A model generated the notes under the pieces. That model was not told where the DNA came from. It saw only the letters and a program-made list of their open reading frames with translations, and ran no database searches. 64,000 nt of DNA from Alphaproteobacteria bacterium (GTDB lineage: Bacteria > Pseudomonadota > Alphaproteobacteria > MPNO01 > UBA830): positions 1,408,001 to 1,472,000 of the forward strand of contig OZ251539.1 of assembly GCA_965243135.1 (NCBI GenBank), in the 5' to 3' direction. The translations under genes and the position numbers were made by a program. Positions 50,481 through 60,421 of the stretch are shown one piece after another. Position 1 is the first letter of the stretch. Each line of letters starts with the position of its first letter.

Positions 50481-51640
50481 TCCGCGCCGGGGCGGCTGCC
50501 GAACGAGGCGGCCGCCCTGGCGAGAAGGGGGGGACGGTCCCGTCCGCCCCTCCGGCCGGCGACGGATACGCCGTCGAGGTCAGGAACGTCTCCAAACGGT
50601 TCGGCGAAGTCGCCGCGCTTGACGACGTGTCGCTGGACATTCGACGCGGCGAATTCTTCTCGCTGCTCGGGCCGTCCGGCTGCGGCAAGACCACGTTGTT
50701 GCGGATGATCGGCGGATTCGAAGTGCCGAGCGCCGGCCGCATATTGATCGACGGAGTCGATACGGTCGGCGCGCCGCCTTACGCCCGCAGCACGAACATG
50801 ATCTTCCAGCATCTTGCGTTGTTTCCTCACATGAACGTGCTCGACAACGTCTCGTTCGGACTGAAGATGAAGCGTCTCGACGAGGACGTCGTTTCACGAA
50901 GAGTGAAAGAGGCTCTCGATCTCGTGCGCCTCGAGGGCTACGGCGAACGGAGGATCGATCAATTGAGCGGCGGCCAAAAGCAACGGGTAGCGATGGCGCG
51001 GGCGCTGGTGAACGATCCGTCGGTTCTGCTGCTCGACGAGCCGCTCGGCGCGCTCGATCTTCAATTGCGCCTGCAGATGCAGGACGAATTGCGTCGTTTG
51101 CACAAATCGCTCGGCAATACTTTCATTTTCGTCACGCACGATCAGGGGGAGGCGATGGCGATGTCCGACCGCATCGCCGTGATGAACGATGGCCGCGTTC
51201 TACAAACGGGGACGCCCGAGGAAATATACGAAGCGCCGCGCACCCGCTTCGTCGCCGATTTCGTCGGTCATGCCAACGTCTTCGACGGCCGGGTCGCGAA
51301 CGTGGACGGCGACGGCGAATGCCTCGTCGAAAGCGGCAGCCTGACGTTTCGCTGCGAGGCGCCGGACGGCCTCAAGGCCGGACAGCAGGTGTCGGTCGCG
51401 TTGCGGTTCGAAAACGTGAGGCTGAGCGGCGAACCGGCGCAGCGGCGGGGGGCCGGCTGCACTGCCGAAGTGACGGAAAAAATGTACATGGGCGGCATGT
51501 TCCGCCTGGAGACCAGCGTCGACGGCGGAGGCGCGCTCACGGCGGACATATCTGACGTTCAGGCGGCGCGTTCCGTTTCGGAGGGGGACAGGGTGCATCT
51601 CGTCTGGAATGCCGCCGACCTGTCGGTGTTGCCCGAATAG
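50477..51640 (+). CDS. ABC transporter ATP-binding protein (PotA-like)
   Basis: GPSGCGKT, LSGGQKQR, LLLDEP, VTHDQ, C-terminal TOBE-like region. Start approximate. Confidence 0.92.
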   Translation: MIRAGAAAERGGRPGEKGGTVPSAPPAGDGYAVEVRNVSKRFGEVAALDDVSLDIRRGEFFSLLGPSGCGKTTLLRMIGGFEVPSAGRILIDGVDTVGAPPYARSTNMIFQHLALFPHMNVLDNVSFGLKMKRLDEDVVSRRVKEALDLVRLEGYGERRIDQLSGGQKQRVAMARALVNDPSVLLLDEPLGALDLQLRLQMQDELRRLHKSLGNTFIFVTHDQGEAMAMSDRIAVMNDGRVLQTGTPEEIYEAPRTRFVADFVGHANVFDGRVANVDGDGECLVESGSLTFRCEAPDGLKAGQQVSVALRFENVRLSGEPAQRRGAGCTAEVTEKMYMGGMFRLETSVDGGGALTADISDVQAARSVSEGDRVHLVWNAADLSVLPE

Positions 51641-51678
51641 GAGCCTCCGCGGCGGCCGACGCGGCGCTTGCCGCCGTC

Positions 51679-52203
51679 CTATGCCGTTTCGCTCAGGTCG
51701 GCGAGCCGTTTCCTGAGATTGGCCTGCCAGCCGCCGGCTTCGACGATCGCCTGCAACCGGACGTCGAGCGGCTGGAAACGGCGCGACAGGTTGCGCGTCA
51801 CGTTCCGGAACTCTCCGGTCTTGAAATCGACTTCCAGGTCGTCGCCGGTCTCGACGTCGTTCGTCACTCCCCGGCAACCGGCGAGGAACGGCAGGCCGGC
51901 GTTGATCGCGTTGCGAAAGCTGCCGCGAGGGATCGTCTCGACGACCAGCCCCAGCCCGTGTCCGACCATCCCGAGAAAGCCCTGGATGTGCGGGTTGCCC
52001 TGGCCGAAGCGTTTGCCGGCGACGATGATGTCCCCGGACGATACCTTGTTCGCGAAACCGGGATCGATTCCCGACATCAGATGATCGCGCAGGATCATCG
52101 GGTCGAGTTCGCGTTCGAGCGCGAAGCGCAACGGCATGACGTCGCCGTCGATGCCGAGATTGTCGCCGAACTTCCAGCACTTGCCTTTGTAGTTCCAGTT
52201 CAT
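51679..52203 (-). CDS. aconitase-family hydratase small subunit (LeuD/HacB-like, atypical)
   Basis: GKCWKFGDN..ID, GDIIVAGKRFG, FRNAINAGL, IVEAGG. Confidence 0.82.
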   Translation of the reverse strand: MNWNYKGKCWKFGDNLGIDGDVMPLRFALERELDPMILRDHLMSGIDPGFANKVSSGDIIVAGKRFGQGNPHIQGFLGMVGHGLGLVVETIPRGSFRNAINAGLPFLAGCRGVTNDVETGDDLEVDFKTGEFRNVTRNLSRRFQPLDVRLQAIVEAGGWQANLRKRLADLSETA

Positions 52204-52219
52204 GGCCGCTCCGTCCCGT

Positions 52220-53479
52220 TCAGGCGAGAAATTGCCGGGGATCGGTGATTTTGCCGGTTACCGCCGACGCGGCCACCGTCGCCGGACTGGCGAGATAGAT
52301 TTCCGCCTTCGCCGATCCGAGGCGGCCGTAATCGTTGCGGGTGCCGGTGTTGATGGAAGTCTCGCCGTCCGCGACGCCGCCGATCCGCCCTCCGGCGCAG
52401 GGACCGCAGCCGGGTTGGGTGATCATGGCCCCGGCTTCGGCGAACAGCGTCAGAAGGCCCCTGCTCTCGGCTTCCGCCATCACCTCTTGCGTTCCCGGGG
52501 TAACGATGAAGCGAACGCCGGGATGAATTCTGCGGCCCGTCAAAATGTCCGCCGCGGCCTGCAGGTCGCTCAGATTGGCGGCGGCGCAGGAACCGACGAA
52601 GGCGTGATGCACCGCGCGGCCCGCGACTTCGGAAACGCCGACGACGCAATCCGGCGTCGGCGGCGCGGCAATCTGCGGTTCCATCACGTCCAGATCGTAT
52701 TCCACGACTTCGCGGAAGGCGGCGTCCGGGTCGCTTGCGACCAGTTCCACCGGCCCGTCGACGCGATCGGCCAGATAGTCGACGGTTTGGCTGTCGGGCT
52801 CGACGAGCACGGACTTGGCGCCGATGTCGATCGGCGTGTTGCAAAGCGTATGGCGTCCGGCGATGTCTATCGCGGCCAGCGCCGGGCCTCCGTATTCGAC
52901 GACCGAATAGTCCACCCGCTCGGCGCCGATGTCGCAAATCAACTTCTGCGCGACGTCCCGGATGCCGGTTCCCGGCTGCAGGCTGCCGGTCAGGTTGACG
53001 CGCACGGTTTCCGGCGTGCGCAGCCAAACCGATCCGCAGGCGAGAACTTCGGCGATTTCGATCAGCACCGGGACGGCGAGCGCCCCGACGGAACCGAAAT
53101 TGGTCACGTGGACGTCGTACGCCTCTATGAACATGCCCGGCTTTACGAAGCCCATTTCGACAGGGAAGACATGCCCGTGTCCCCCGCGGCCGGCATCGAA
53201 GAAATTTCCGATGCCGTACTTTCTGACGATTTCCCGCACTTTTTTCTGCCGTTCGACCGCCTGAGGACTGACCGCAACGGGTTCGTGGTCGGTGCAGATA
53301 ATCACCTTGTCCGGATCGTAGAGGCGGTCGACGCCGAGCTCTTCGAGCGCCCTGTCGAAATTGACCACGTACCAGTCGTGGATGGTCAGGAGTTCTGGCT
53401 CCGGATAGACGATGTCGCCTGCCGAGACGTCGCCGCCGGTGACGCGCGACAGTATCTTTTCGGTAATTGTCTTGCCCAT
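52220..53479 (-). CDS. aconitase-family hydratase large subunit (LeuC/HacA-like, atypical)
   Basis: MGKTITEKIL, DH, GSC, PGCGPC (three Fe-S cysteines), YLASPATVAASA. Confidence 0.85.
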   Translation of the reverse strand: MGKTITEKILSRVTGGDVSAGDIVYPEPELLTIHDWYVVNFDRALEELGVDRLYDPDKVIICTDHEPVAVSPQAVERQKKVREIVRKYGIGNFFDAGRGGHGHVFPVEMGFVKPGMFIEAYDVHVTNFGSVGALAVPVLIEIAEVLACGSVWLRTPETVRVNLTGSLQPGTGIRDVAQKLICDIGAERVDYSVVEYGGPALAAIDIAGRHTLCNTPIDIGAKSVLVEPDSQTVDYLADRVDGPVELVASDPDAAFREVVEYDLDVMEPQIAAPPTPDCVVGVSEVAGRAVHHAFVGSCAAANLSDLQAAADILTGRRIHPGVRFIVTPGTQEVMAEAESRGLLTLFAEAGAMITQPGCGPCAGGRIGGVADGETSINTGTRNDYGRLGSAKAEIYLASPATVAASAVTGKITDPRQFLA

Positions 53480-53485
53480 CCGGCG

Positions 53486-54106
53486 TCACTCCAGAGAGGG
53501 GAGGCCGATGACGCTCGCGAGCGGTTCGCCGCTTCGAACGCGCGCATTGCGTGCCTCCTCCGCGCGACGCTGTTCCGCGGCGCGTTCGCACGTCGCGGCG
53601 CCTTCCGACGCCGCGACGACGACAACGCCGTCGCTGTCGCCGATCACGTAGTCGCCGGGCGAAACGACGACGCCGCCCACCGAAACCGGCCTGCCGCGCC
53701 AGCCTTCGTGATTCTTCAGCGTGCCGTGCGGGGCGACGCCTGCCGCGTAGACGGGGACGCCGATCGCCTGCAGTTCGTCGACGTCCCGAACGCAGCCATT
53801 GGTAACGCAACCCGCGAGGTCGCGGACGCTGCAGACGAGAGAGGAGGTGCCGCCCCAGACGGCGGCGCGATCCGTTCCTCCTGCATCGACGACCAGAACC
53901 GATCCGGCGGGCGCGTCGTCGAGAGCCCGGATCACCGCCGTGGTGTCGCCGGGAAACGTCCTGACGGTATAAGCGACGCCGGACATCCGCGCGCCGGGCA
54001 CGATGGAACGAATGTCGGGGGCCATGTCGCCGCGCTTGCCGGCCGCTTCGTATGTCGTGGCCGTCGGGTAGCGGCCCAACGTTTCGGCGATTTCGCACGG
54101 TTTCAT
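53486..54106 (-). CDS. RraA-family / HMG-CHA aldolase
   Basis: TATTYEA, AVWGG, GCVRDV, GGVVVSPGDYVIGDSDGVVVV. Confidence 0.88.
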   Translation of the reverse strand: MKPCEIAETLGRYPTATTYEAAGKRGDMAPDIRSIVPGARMSGVAYTVRTFPGDTTAVIRALDDAPAGSVLVVDAGGTDRAAVWGGTSSLVCSVRDLAGCVTNGCVRDVDELQAIGVPVYAAGVAPHGTLKNHEGWRGRPVSVGGVVVSPGDYVIGDSDGVVVVAASEGAATCERAAEQRRAEEARNARVRSGEPLASVIGLPSLE

Positions 54107-54623
54107 GATCGAGCTGGCTCGCTTGCCAATTATGGCTTCAGGCTATCTGCGGAAAGCGGATGCGTCAATTTTTCGACTCCTGGTGAGGATGTAACGAATT
54201 ATGCGGCAGTGAGGATGCTCCATGCGGAAGATGATCAGCCAGGGAGCGCCCCGACACGCGCTCCGGTGGGGCTGCCCTGCCGGAGAGGGCCTTCGAGTGC
54301 AGGCTGTCGCGGAGCGACGTGGCGCCCTATGAGCCGTGGCGCGGGCTGCGATCAGGAAGGGCAGCATGCTCGAAGATGGTGCCGCTCACGATTGCTGCGA
54401 CGTCGCCGCCGGTCAAGCGCTCGACGCCAACGCCCGGATCCCCTTTGCTTGCCCGAACGCGTCAACCTCGTGCTTGGTCCGTCGAGGCGCGAACTCGGCG
54501 GGGTCCGGTTGCGCTCGGCATTGTCCGTCGCTGCATGCCGGATCGCAGGGCCGGATGCCGCCACCGAAACCCACTCGTCGGTCTCTCGTCAACCGCTTGA
54601 GCATTCCTCCTGCGAAAAAGCGC

Positions 54624-55471
54624 TGTCAAGAACATTTTGAACTGGCATGTACCAAATTAATTGACCGCTTCCGTTGTGGTGGTTGGGCCTGTGGGGAAGT
54701 GGTCAGGCGCGAAGCGGCTGTCCACGCCTCCGGCGCGTCGAAGCGGGTCACGCGGCCTTCCGGGTTGTGGTCGGAGACCTGTCGGCCTGGTAGAGGGCGA
54801 GGCGTCCGGGGCCGTGGAAGACGGCAAGGGCGTGGTCGGGGTACTCGTGGACCCGGACCCTGGCCTTGACGTAGTGGTGACGGTCGGCCTGCAGGGGGCG
54901 TCCCCTGTACCGCACCGTGTTGTCGTTCGAGCCGTTCCTCGTGGACGCAGAGGATGTCGTCCAAGGCGCCGGCGAAGGGCACGAAGGCTGACCCCCTCGG
55001 GCGTGTGGAAGTAGTGGCTGGCGGTGTAGAGCGAGCGGAACAGCCCGCGCCGCGGGCGCTTGAGCCGGTGGGCGCCGCGGCGCGGCTCGCACCCGGCCAT
55101 GGGCCTGAAAGGTCAGCCGGACGTAGCTGCGCTGGACGCCATGGCAGGCGACCAGTTTCTCGTGAAAGTGCCTGGCGTTGAAGTCCCGAGTGTCGAACAA
55201 TTCGAGAACATGCGCCACCTCGTCCGCGCCGGCCCGGCGCGCCGAGACCCGGCCCAGGCGACGGTCGTACAACCCTTCCGCGCCTTCCGCCTCGTCGCGG
55301 AAGGTGCGTTCCGAAACGCCCTCCGCCGCCTCGCCCTGGCTCAGCACACCCGGTGCGACACCTCTTTCCTCAGTCCCTGTCGTTGTTCCGTCCGCCGCCA
55401 CCTCCTTTGGTTTGGAAGCGTTCTAAAACCGGACAGGGTACATGGACCGGACATATCATCTGTTATTGACA
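54624..55471 (-). mobile_element. internally deleted IS relic (ISNCY/IS481-like, TGT...ACA ends)
   Basis: Terminal IRs TGTCAAGAACA (54624) and TGTTATTGACA (55461-55471). Transposase fragments: LSQGEAAE..SERTFR, EGLYDRRLGR, HFHEKL, ALYT..ASHYFHT, NDNTVRY, HYVKARVRVHEYPD..LAVFHGP, with many gaps. Confidence 0.78.
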
Positions 55472-55523
55472 CGCACCCGATGCTCTCCTTGACGGTTCCG
55501 GCATGGCGGTCTACCCTCTTGGG

Positions 55524-57058
55524 ATGACGAGACGCATGCTTCCGACAGGCATGTCCTCCCTCCGGACGATCCGCGGGCTGGACTGCTACTACGTCGATAA
55601 GACGGAGCATGTGCGCCGCCTCGTCGAGAGGGGCAGGTACTATTTCCTGTCGCGTCCGCGCCGGTTCGGCAAGACCCTGCTGGTGGACACGCTGCAAGAG
55701 CTGTTCGAGGGAAGCGAGGAACCGTTCCGGGGCCTCGCCATGCACGGCAAGTGGGATTGGTCGGTGCGCCATCCGGTTGTGCGGATCAGCTTCGGCGGGG
55801 GTAATTTCGACTCCCCGGACCTCGTTCGGATATCCGTGGAACGGCAGCTGGCGGCGACGGAGAGGCGCGCCGGCCTCGAACCGGGATCCGTCGAGGTGTC
55901 GAACCGTTTCGGGGAATTGATCGAGGCCTTGCACGAGCGCACCGGGCGGCGCGTGGTCGTGCTGGTGGACGAATACGACAAGCCGATCCTGGACGCGCTC
56001 GGCGACCGGGAACTGGCGCTGGCCAACCGCAACTTCCTGCGCGGCTTCTACGCGATGATCAAGGACAACGACAGGCATCTCCGTTTCGTTTTTCTGACGG
56101 GGGTGAGCAAGTTATCGGGCCTGTTCTCGGGGGCCTGAACAACCTGAACGACATCACGCTGGACGAGCGCTACGGCGCCATCTGCGGCTATACGGACGAC
56201 GAGCTGGACGCGGTGTTCGCCCCGGAACTTGGGGGCCTGGACCGGGGCGAGGTCCGCCGCTGGTACAACGGCTACAACTGGCTCGGACCGGAGAGGGTCT
56301 ACAACCCGCACGACATCCTGCTGCTGTTCGACAAGCGCAGATTCCGCCCATACTGGTTCCAGAGCGGCACGCCGACCTTCCTCGTCGACCTTCTGTCGCG
56401 GCGCCGGGTCTCGGCGCCGGCCCTGGAGGGCATGATCGCGGACGACGACCTGCTGTCGGCCATAGATATCGACCGCATTCCCGTCGAGGCGCTGTTGTTC
56501 CAGACCGGTTATTTGACCATCGCCGACGAGAAGCTGGACGAGGACGCGCCCCTCTACCGGCTGGACTACCCGAACCATGAGGTGAAGCGCAGCCTGAACG
56601 CGCTCCTGCTGGAGGCGATGGCGCCGGACATCGCGGTCGCGGCGGAGAGCCGGGAGCTGCGCCGCCTGATGCGCGAGAACGACTTCGCGGGCCTCGAGCG
56701 GCGGTTCCGGGCGTTCCTGGCGAGCAACGAGTGGTACGCGAACACGGGCATGGCCGGCTACGAAGCCCACTACGCGAGCGTGTTCTACTCGCACTTCGCG
56801 GCGGCGGGGATGGACGTCCGCGCGGAGGAGAGCACGGCGCGCGGCCGTTCGGACCTTGCGGTCCTGCACGGCGGCGGCGTCTACCTGTTCGAGTTCAAGG
56901 TCGCGGACGGGAAGCCGCAAGGCCGGGCGCTGGCGCAGATTCGGGAGCGCGGCTACGCGGACAAGTGCCGGCGTCCGGGCGTGCCGGTCCACCTGATCGG
57001 GGTGGAGTTCGGCCGGGAGGAGCGCAACATCGTCAGGTTCGAGTTCGAGACCGTCTGA
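55524..57058 (+). pseudogene. second AAA-ATPase_like + PDDEXK_9 paralogue, frameshifted
   Basis: Closely similar to 9218-10765 (SRPRRFGKTL, VDEYDKP, YWFQSGTPTFL). The frame breaks at a G-run near 56130 (TCGGGGGCCTGAAC), and there are short in-frame losses (SKLSGLF, FLASNEWY). Confidence 0.85.
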
Positions 57059-57315
57059 AGCCGGGAGCTGTTTCCGTTCGGGCGCAGGCGGCGCCCTCTC
57101 GAGAGGCACCGACCGCCACTGTCGCTTCCTGGAGCCGGGCGGCGACGCCGGCCATGCACCGCGCCGGGCTGATCAGCGCGAACGGCGCGGGCAAGACGCC
57201 GCGGGCGCTCGCAGGAATCTACCGGGGTCGGTCGCGAACGACGGCGCCGGCACTTGCACCCCGCGCGACCGCGACAGTCGCTCGATTTCGAGGCCTCGCC
57301 GGCCGGGGAACGGCG

Positions 57316-57569
57316 TCAGGCGCCCTTTGTTTCCGCCCCGTCGTCCGTCGGCGTCGTTCGTTCGGCGACGGTTTCCGGCGCGGCGGTCCGGCGGCCGGCT
57401 ATCAGCGCCTTGAGCGCCGTCATGTTCTCCTCGTGGCGGCGTTCTTCGGCTTCGCGCTGCTGCTGTGTGGCCGCGTTCGTCGTTGGTGCGGACGCCAAAC
57501 GCCGACGGCCGCGAGGACGGCCGCGAGCGCGTTGGCGGAAGCGATGGCGAGGTTAGCGAAGGCAGTCAT
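57316..57569 (-). pseudogene. small single-TM protein, apparently frameshifted
   Basis: RBS GAAAGGA, then MTAFANLAIASANALAAVLAAVGVW, continuing in another frame as NAATQQQREAEERRHEENMTALKALIA. Confidence 0.4.
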
Positions 57570-57843
57570 GAGCGTCCTTTCCGGAGACGGGAGACAGTAT
57601 CCGCGGTGCCGATCGTCAAGAGAGACGCTTGCGCCAGGGCGGGAACGGGGCGGTGGCGTTCATTGCCGGGCTCCGTCCTCGAGGCGGCGGCAGGGGCGGC
57701 GCGCGCCGCAAGCGGCGAAACGCCTGAACTCCAGGCTGCGGTTCCGTCGAACGGGAGCGTCGTCCGGTCGAGCGAGGCGGACTTCCGCCGTCGAATCTCC
57801 AGAGTTCGCTCGAAGCCGTGGGCGGCTCGCGAAAGCCTGAGGA

Positions 57844-57929
57844 AACCCGGAAACGCAACGCAAAATCACCGTGGGCCTGCCCTGCGCCGGGACTGGAACA
57901 AGCAGGTCACCCTGCGACCGAACGCTTGC
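57844..57929 (+). mobile_element. isolated decayed right end of the IS66/DUF4338 element
   Basis: CCCTGCGCCGGGACTGGA...TCACCCTGCGACCGAACGCTTGC matches the reverse complement of 59522-59587 (…CCCTGCGCCGGGACTGGA…TCACCCCACGACCGAACGCTTAC). Confidence 0.75.
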
Positions 57930-57930
57930 G

Positions 57931-58305
57931 TTCGATCCAAGAGACCAATATCACCAAGAAGTCATTGAAAAATAAGAATGGCTTGACAAACTTCCTATCG
58001 CACTTCCATGGCCGATTTTATATGAAACGCTGAATACTAAAGTTGTGAAAAATTCTGATTACATTCAAAAAATAGATAAGATTATTCGTAAACCGTCACC
58101 TGAAATTATTGACGATCATCGCTATCGACAGGATGCATATGATACGCTATTGGAGAATAAATATAGTCATGAAAAAAAGAGTCTTGTTGACTTGATTTTT
58201 TGTGCCTTGATCCAAGACGTAAACGTCAAAATAGACGCCCTGCTCGCTTTCAATGAACGCGATTTCCAAATCCTTTGCCAAATCGAAGGAGTTGCGTATC
58301 TTTGA
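57931..58305 (+). pseudogene. AT-rich PIN-domain protein, 5'-truncated with an internal stop
   Basis: One frame reads FDPRDQYHQEVIEK*EWLDKLPIALPWPILYETLNTK...SLVDLIF...DALLAFNERDF, keeping the PIN acidic residues E, D and (N)xxD. It begins immediately after the IS end. Confidence 0.65.
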
Positions 58306-59548
58306 GAGTTCGGTTCAAAATTCCTGGTCGTAGATTTTCCATCTCCTTGTTTGGCTTTATCGAATATTTTGCGATTTGACGACCGGGCGAAGATTTGCGA
58401 TTGAGGATGATGTCTATTCCTACTGGAGGAAATTCCGCATGACGGAGATTGGAAAATCGGTGCCGCCTGCCGGAGCGGAATTCTGCGGGCGTTGCCGCTG
58501 CGGCGGGGATGGCGTCCGTTCGTGACGTCGATGGGGTCGACGCGACTGTCTCCGTTTCGGTTGCCGGAAGATGCGCTTGTCTTTCAGGCGAAGGAGAGAC
58601 GTGGCTCGGAAGCCATGGTTTTTCCGCAGGCCGGACAACGGATGACGTACGGCGATTGGCACGAGCGTGCCCGCAGTCTCGCGCGAGGGCTGGTCGATCT
58701 GGGTTTTCGACCGGGAGACCACATCGCGATCCTTGCCGAAAGCCGCGTCGAATGGCCGGTTGCGCAGATGGCCATCGCGATGATGGGCGGCGTCATGGTT
58801 CCGCTGAACACGCATTACCGGCGCGACGATCTGCGGTACGCGCTGTCGCATTCGCGAACGAAATGCCTCTTCCTGTCGACGGAATTTCGCGGCAACCGCT
58901 ATCTTGAAACGGTCCTTGCGCTGCTTCCCGAACTTGAGCATCTGCGAACGCTGGTGCCGTTCGACGAACGCGACGCGCATTCTTATGACGACCTGATCGC
59001 CAAGGGCGCGCGAAGCGATGCCGGGCTTCCGCGGGTTTCTCCGGATTCTATCGCGTCCCTTCAATACACTTCCGGCACGACCGGCTTTCCCAAAGGGGCG
59101 CTGCTCACCCATGCCGGGATGCTCGCCAACGCCTGGGGAATTTCCGGACGCCTGAGAGTGTCCGAACGCGACAGATGGACGTCGATCATCCCGCTGTTCC
59201 ACTGCGCCGGGTGCATCATGTGCGTTCTCGGAACCTTGCAGCGCGGGGCCTGCTACGTCGGCGCGCCCGCCTTCGATCCGCGTGCGACGTTCGAGTTGGT
59301 GGAGACCGAAAAGTGCACCTTGCTTTCCGGCGTGCCGACCTCGCACATCGCCATGCTCGAACATCCCGATCGCGAAAAATACGACCTTTCGACGCTGCGC
59401 GCGGGAACCTGCGGCGGAGCGGACACGGATCCGGCGCTGCTGCGGGAATGCGCCCGCGCCTTTCCGTTGCCGGGCGTCGTTCAGGTGTACGGTCAGACGG
59501 AGGCGAGCACCCTGATCAGCCGTAAGCGTTCGGTCGTGGGGTGATGGC

Positions 59549-60421
59549 CTATTCATTGAGGAGCCGCCTCCAGTCCCGGCGCAGGGGTTTCAGCCAGATG
59601 TCCTTGACCGGGAGAGCGCGTTCTTTCCGGGTATCGAGCTTGCCGCGGCCCTGCGTTTTGCCGACCTTGGTCCAGTTGGCGGCCCGGTAGCAGGTTCCTT
59701 CGAAGCGCGTGCTCTCGCAGAAGGTCTCCATCAGGGCCGGGCGCAACGCGTAGCGGCCTTCCCAATCGTCGGGCAGGCGACATTCAACCATGGCAAGGAT
59801 GCAGGACGCGAGGTTTTTGATCCGGACCCACGGCAAGATCAGGAACCTTGCATTGTTGACCACGAGAGGCAGGTTGCGGCGGCGGGTCTCGGGATCCCAC
59901 CCGACAAGCTTGTCCCGCGGCGCGATCTTCCAGGCCGCGGCGCCGAAGCCGAGGACGGCGAGGGGTTCGCCTCCGGCGGCCCGAACGAAGTATCGCATCT
60001 GCGCGCCGGGCAGCGTCGAATAGCCGAGATAGTGGTAGCGAGCGACGAACTCGTTCCAGAGGCGGCCTTCGCCCGCGTTCCGGACGGGCTCAACGGCGAC
60101 GGGTTGGATATCGGCGAGACGCTCGGGGGTCGGGAACGGGGGCCTGTCGGTCGCGGGACCGGGCACGAGCGGACGGCGGACGACCGGCGCGCGCCTTGGC
60201 GGCGGCAAGACGATCACGCCGTCGCGATGCATGCGCAACATGGCGACGCGCGCGCTCATATCCTTTAGGCCGCCGTCGGGCTTGCGCCAGTCGAGGCGGC
60301 GGCAGACCTCCCGCGACAGCGCCCGGCGGTGGAGGCCGCCCCTCGCGATCAGGCCGCGGATCATGTCGACCTCGTCCTCGGAGAAGTCGCGCCCGCAGTA
60401 GCGGCGGGGGCTGCCGCTCAC
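59549..60421 (-). CDS. DUF4338 domain protein (DruA-like)
   Basis: RYCGR..., ALSREVC..LDWR, LWNEFVARYHYLGY, GAQMRY, RDKLVGW, VVNNARFLILPWV, ETF, GTCYRAANW..VG.TQGRG. GTG overlaps the transposase stop. Confidence 0.88.
   Translation of the reverse strand: MSGSPRRYCGRDFSEDEVDMIRGLIARGGLHRRALSREVCRRLDWRKPDGGLKDMSARVAMLRMHRDGVIVLPPPRRAPVVRRPLVPGPATDRPPFPTPERLADIQPVAVEPVRNAGEGRLWNEFVARYHYLGYSTLPGAQMRYFVRAAGGEPLAVLGFGAAAWKIAPRDKLVGWDPETRRRNLPLVVNNARFLILPWVRIKNLASCILAMVECRLPDDWEGRYALRPALMETFCESTRFEGTCYRAANWTKVGKTQGRGKLDTRKERALPVKDIWLKPLRRDWRRLLNE

Noticed and set aside
51679-53479. Calling these genes leuC/leuD
   Set aside because: Catalytic motifs diverge and the context is catabolic, so gene symbols were withheld.
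54240-54610. Short ORFs upstream of the RraA gene
   Set aside because: No recognisable motifs in any frame; cannot be supported as genes.
54621-55474. CGC on both sides of the IS relic as a target duplication
   Set aside because: Three bases in GC-rich DNA is not significant.
56136-56138. TGA in the second AAA gene as possible selenocysteine
   Set aside because: Homology continues in a different frame, the position is not a Cys site, and there is no CGUGC hairpin. It is a frameshift, possibly a homopolymer sequencing error.
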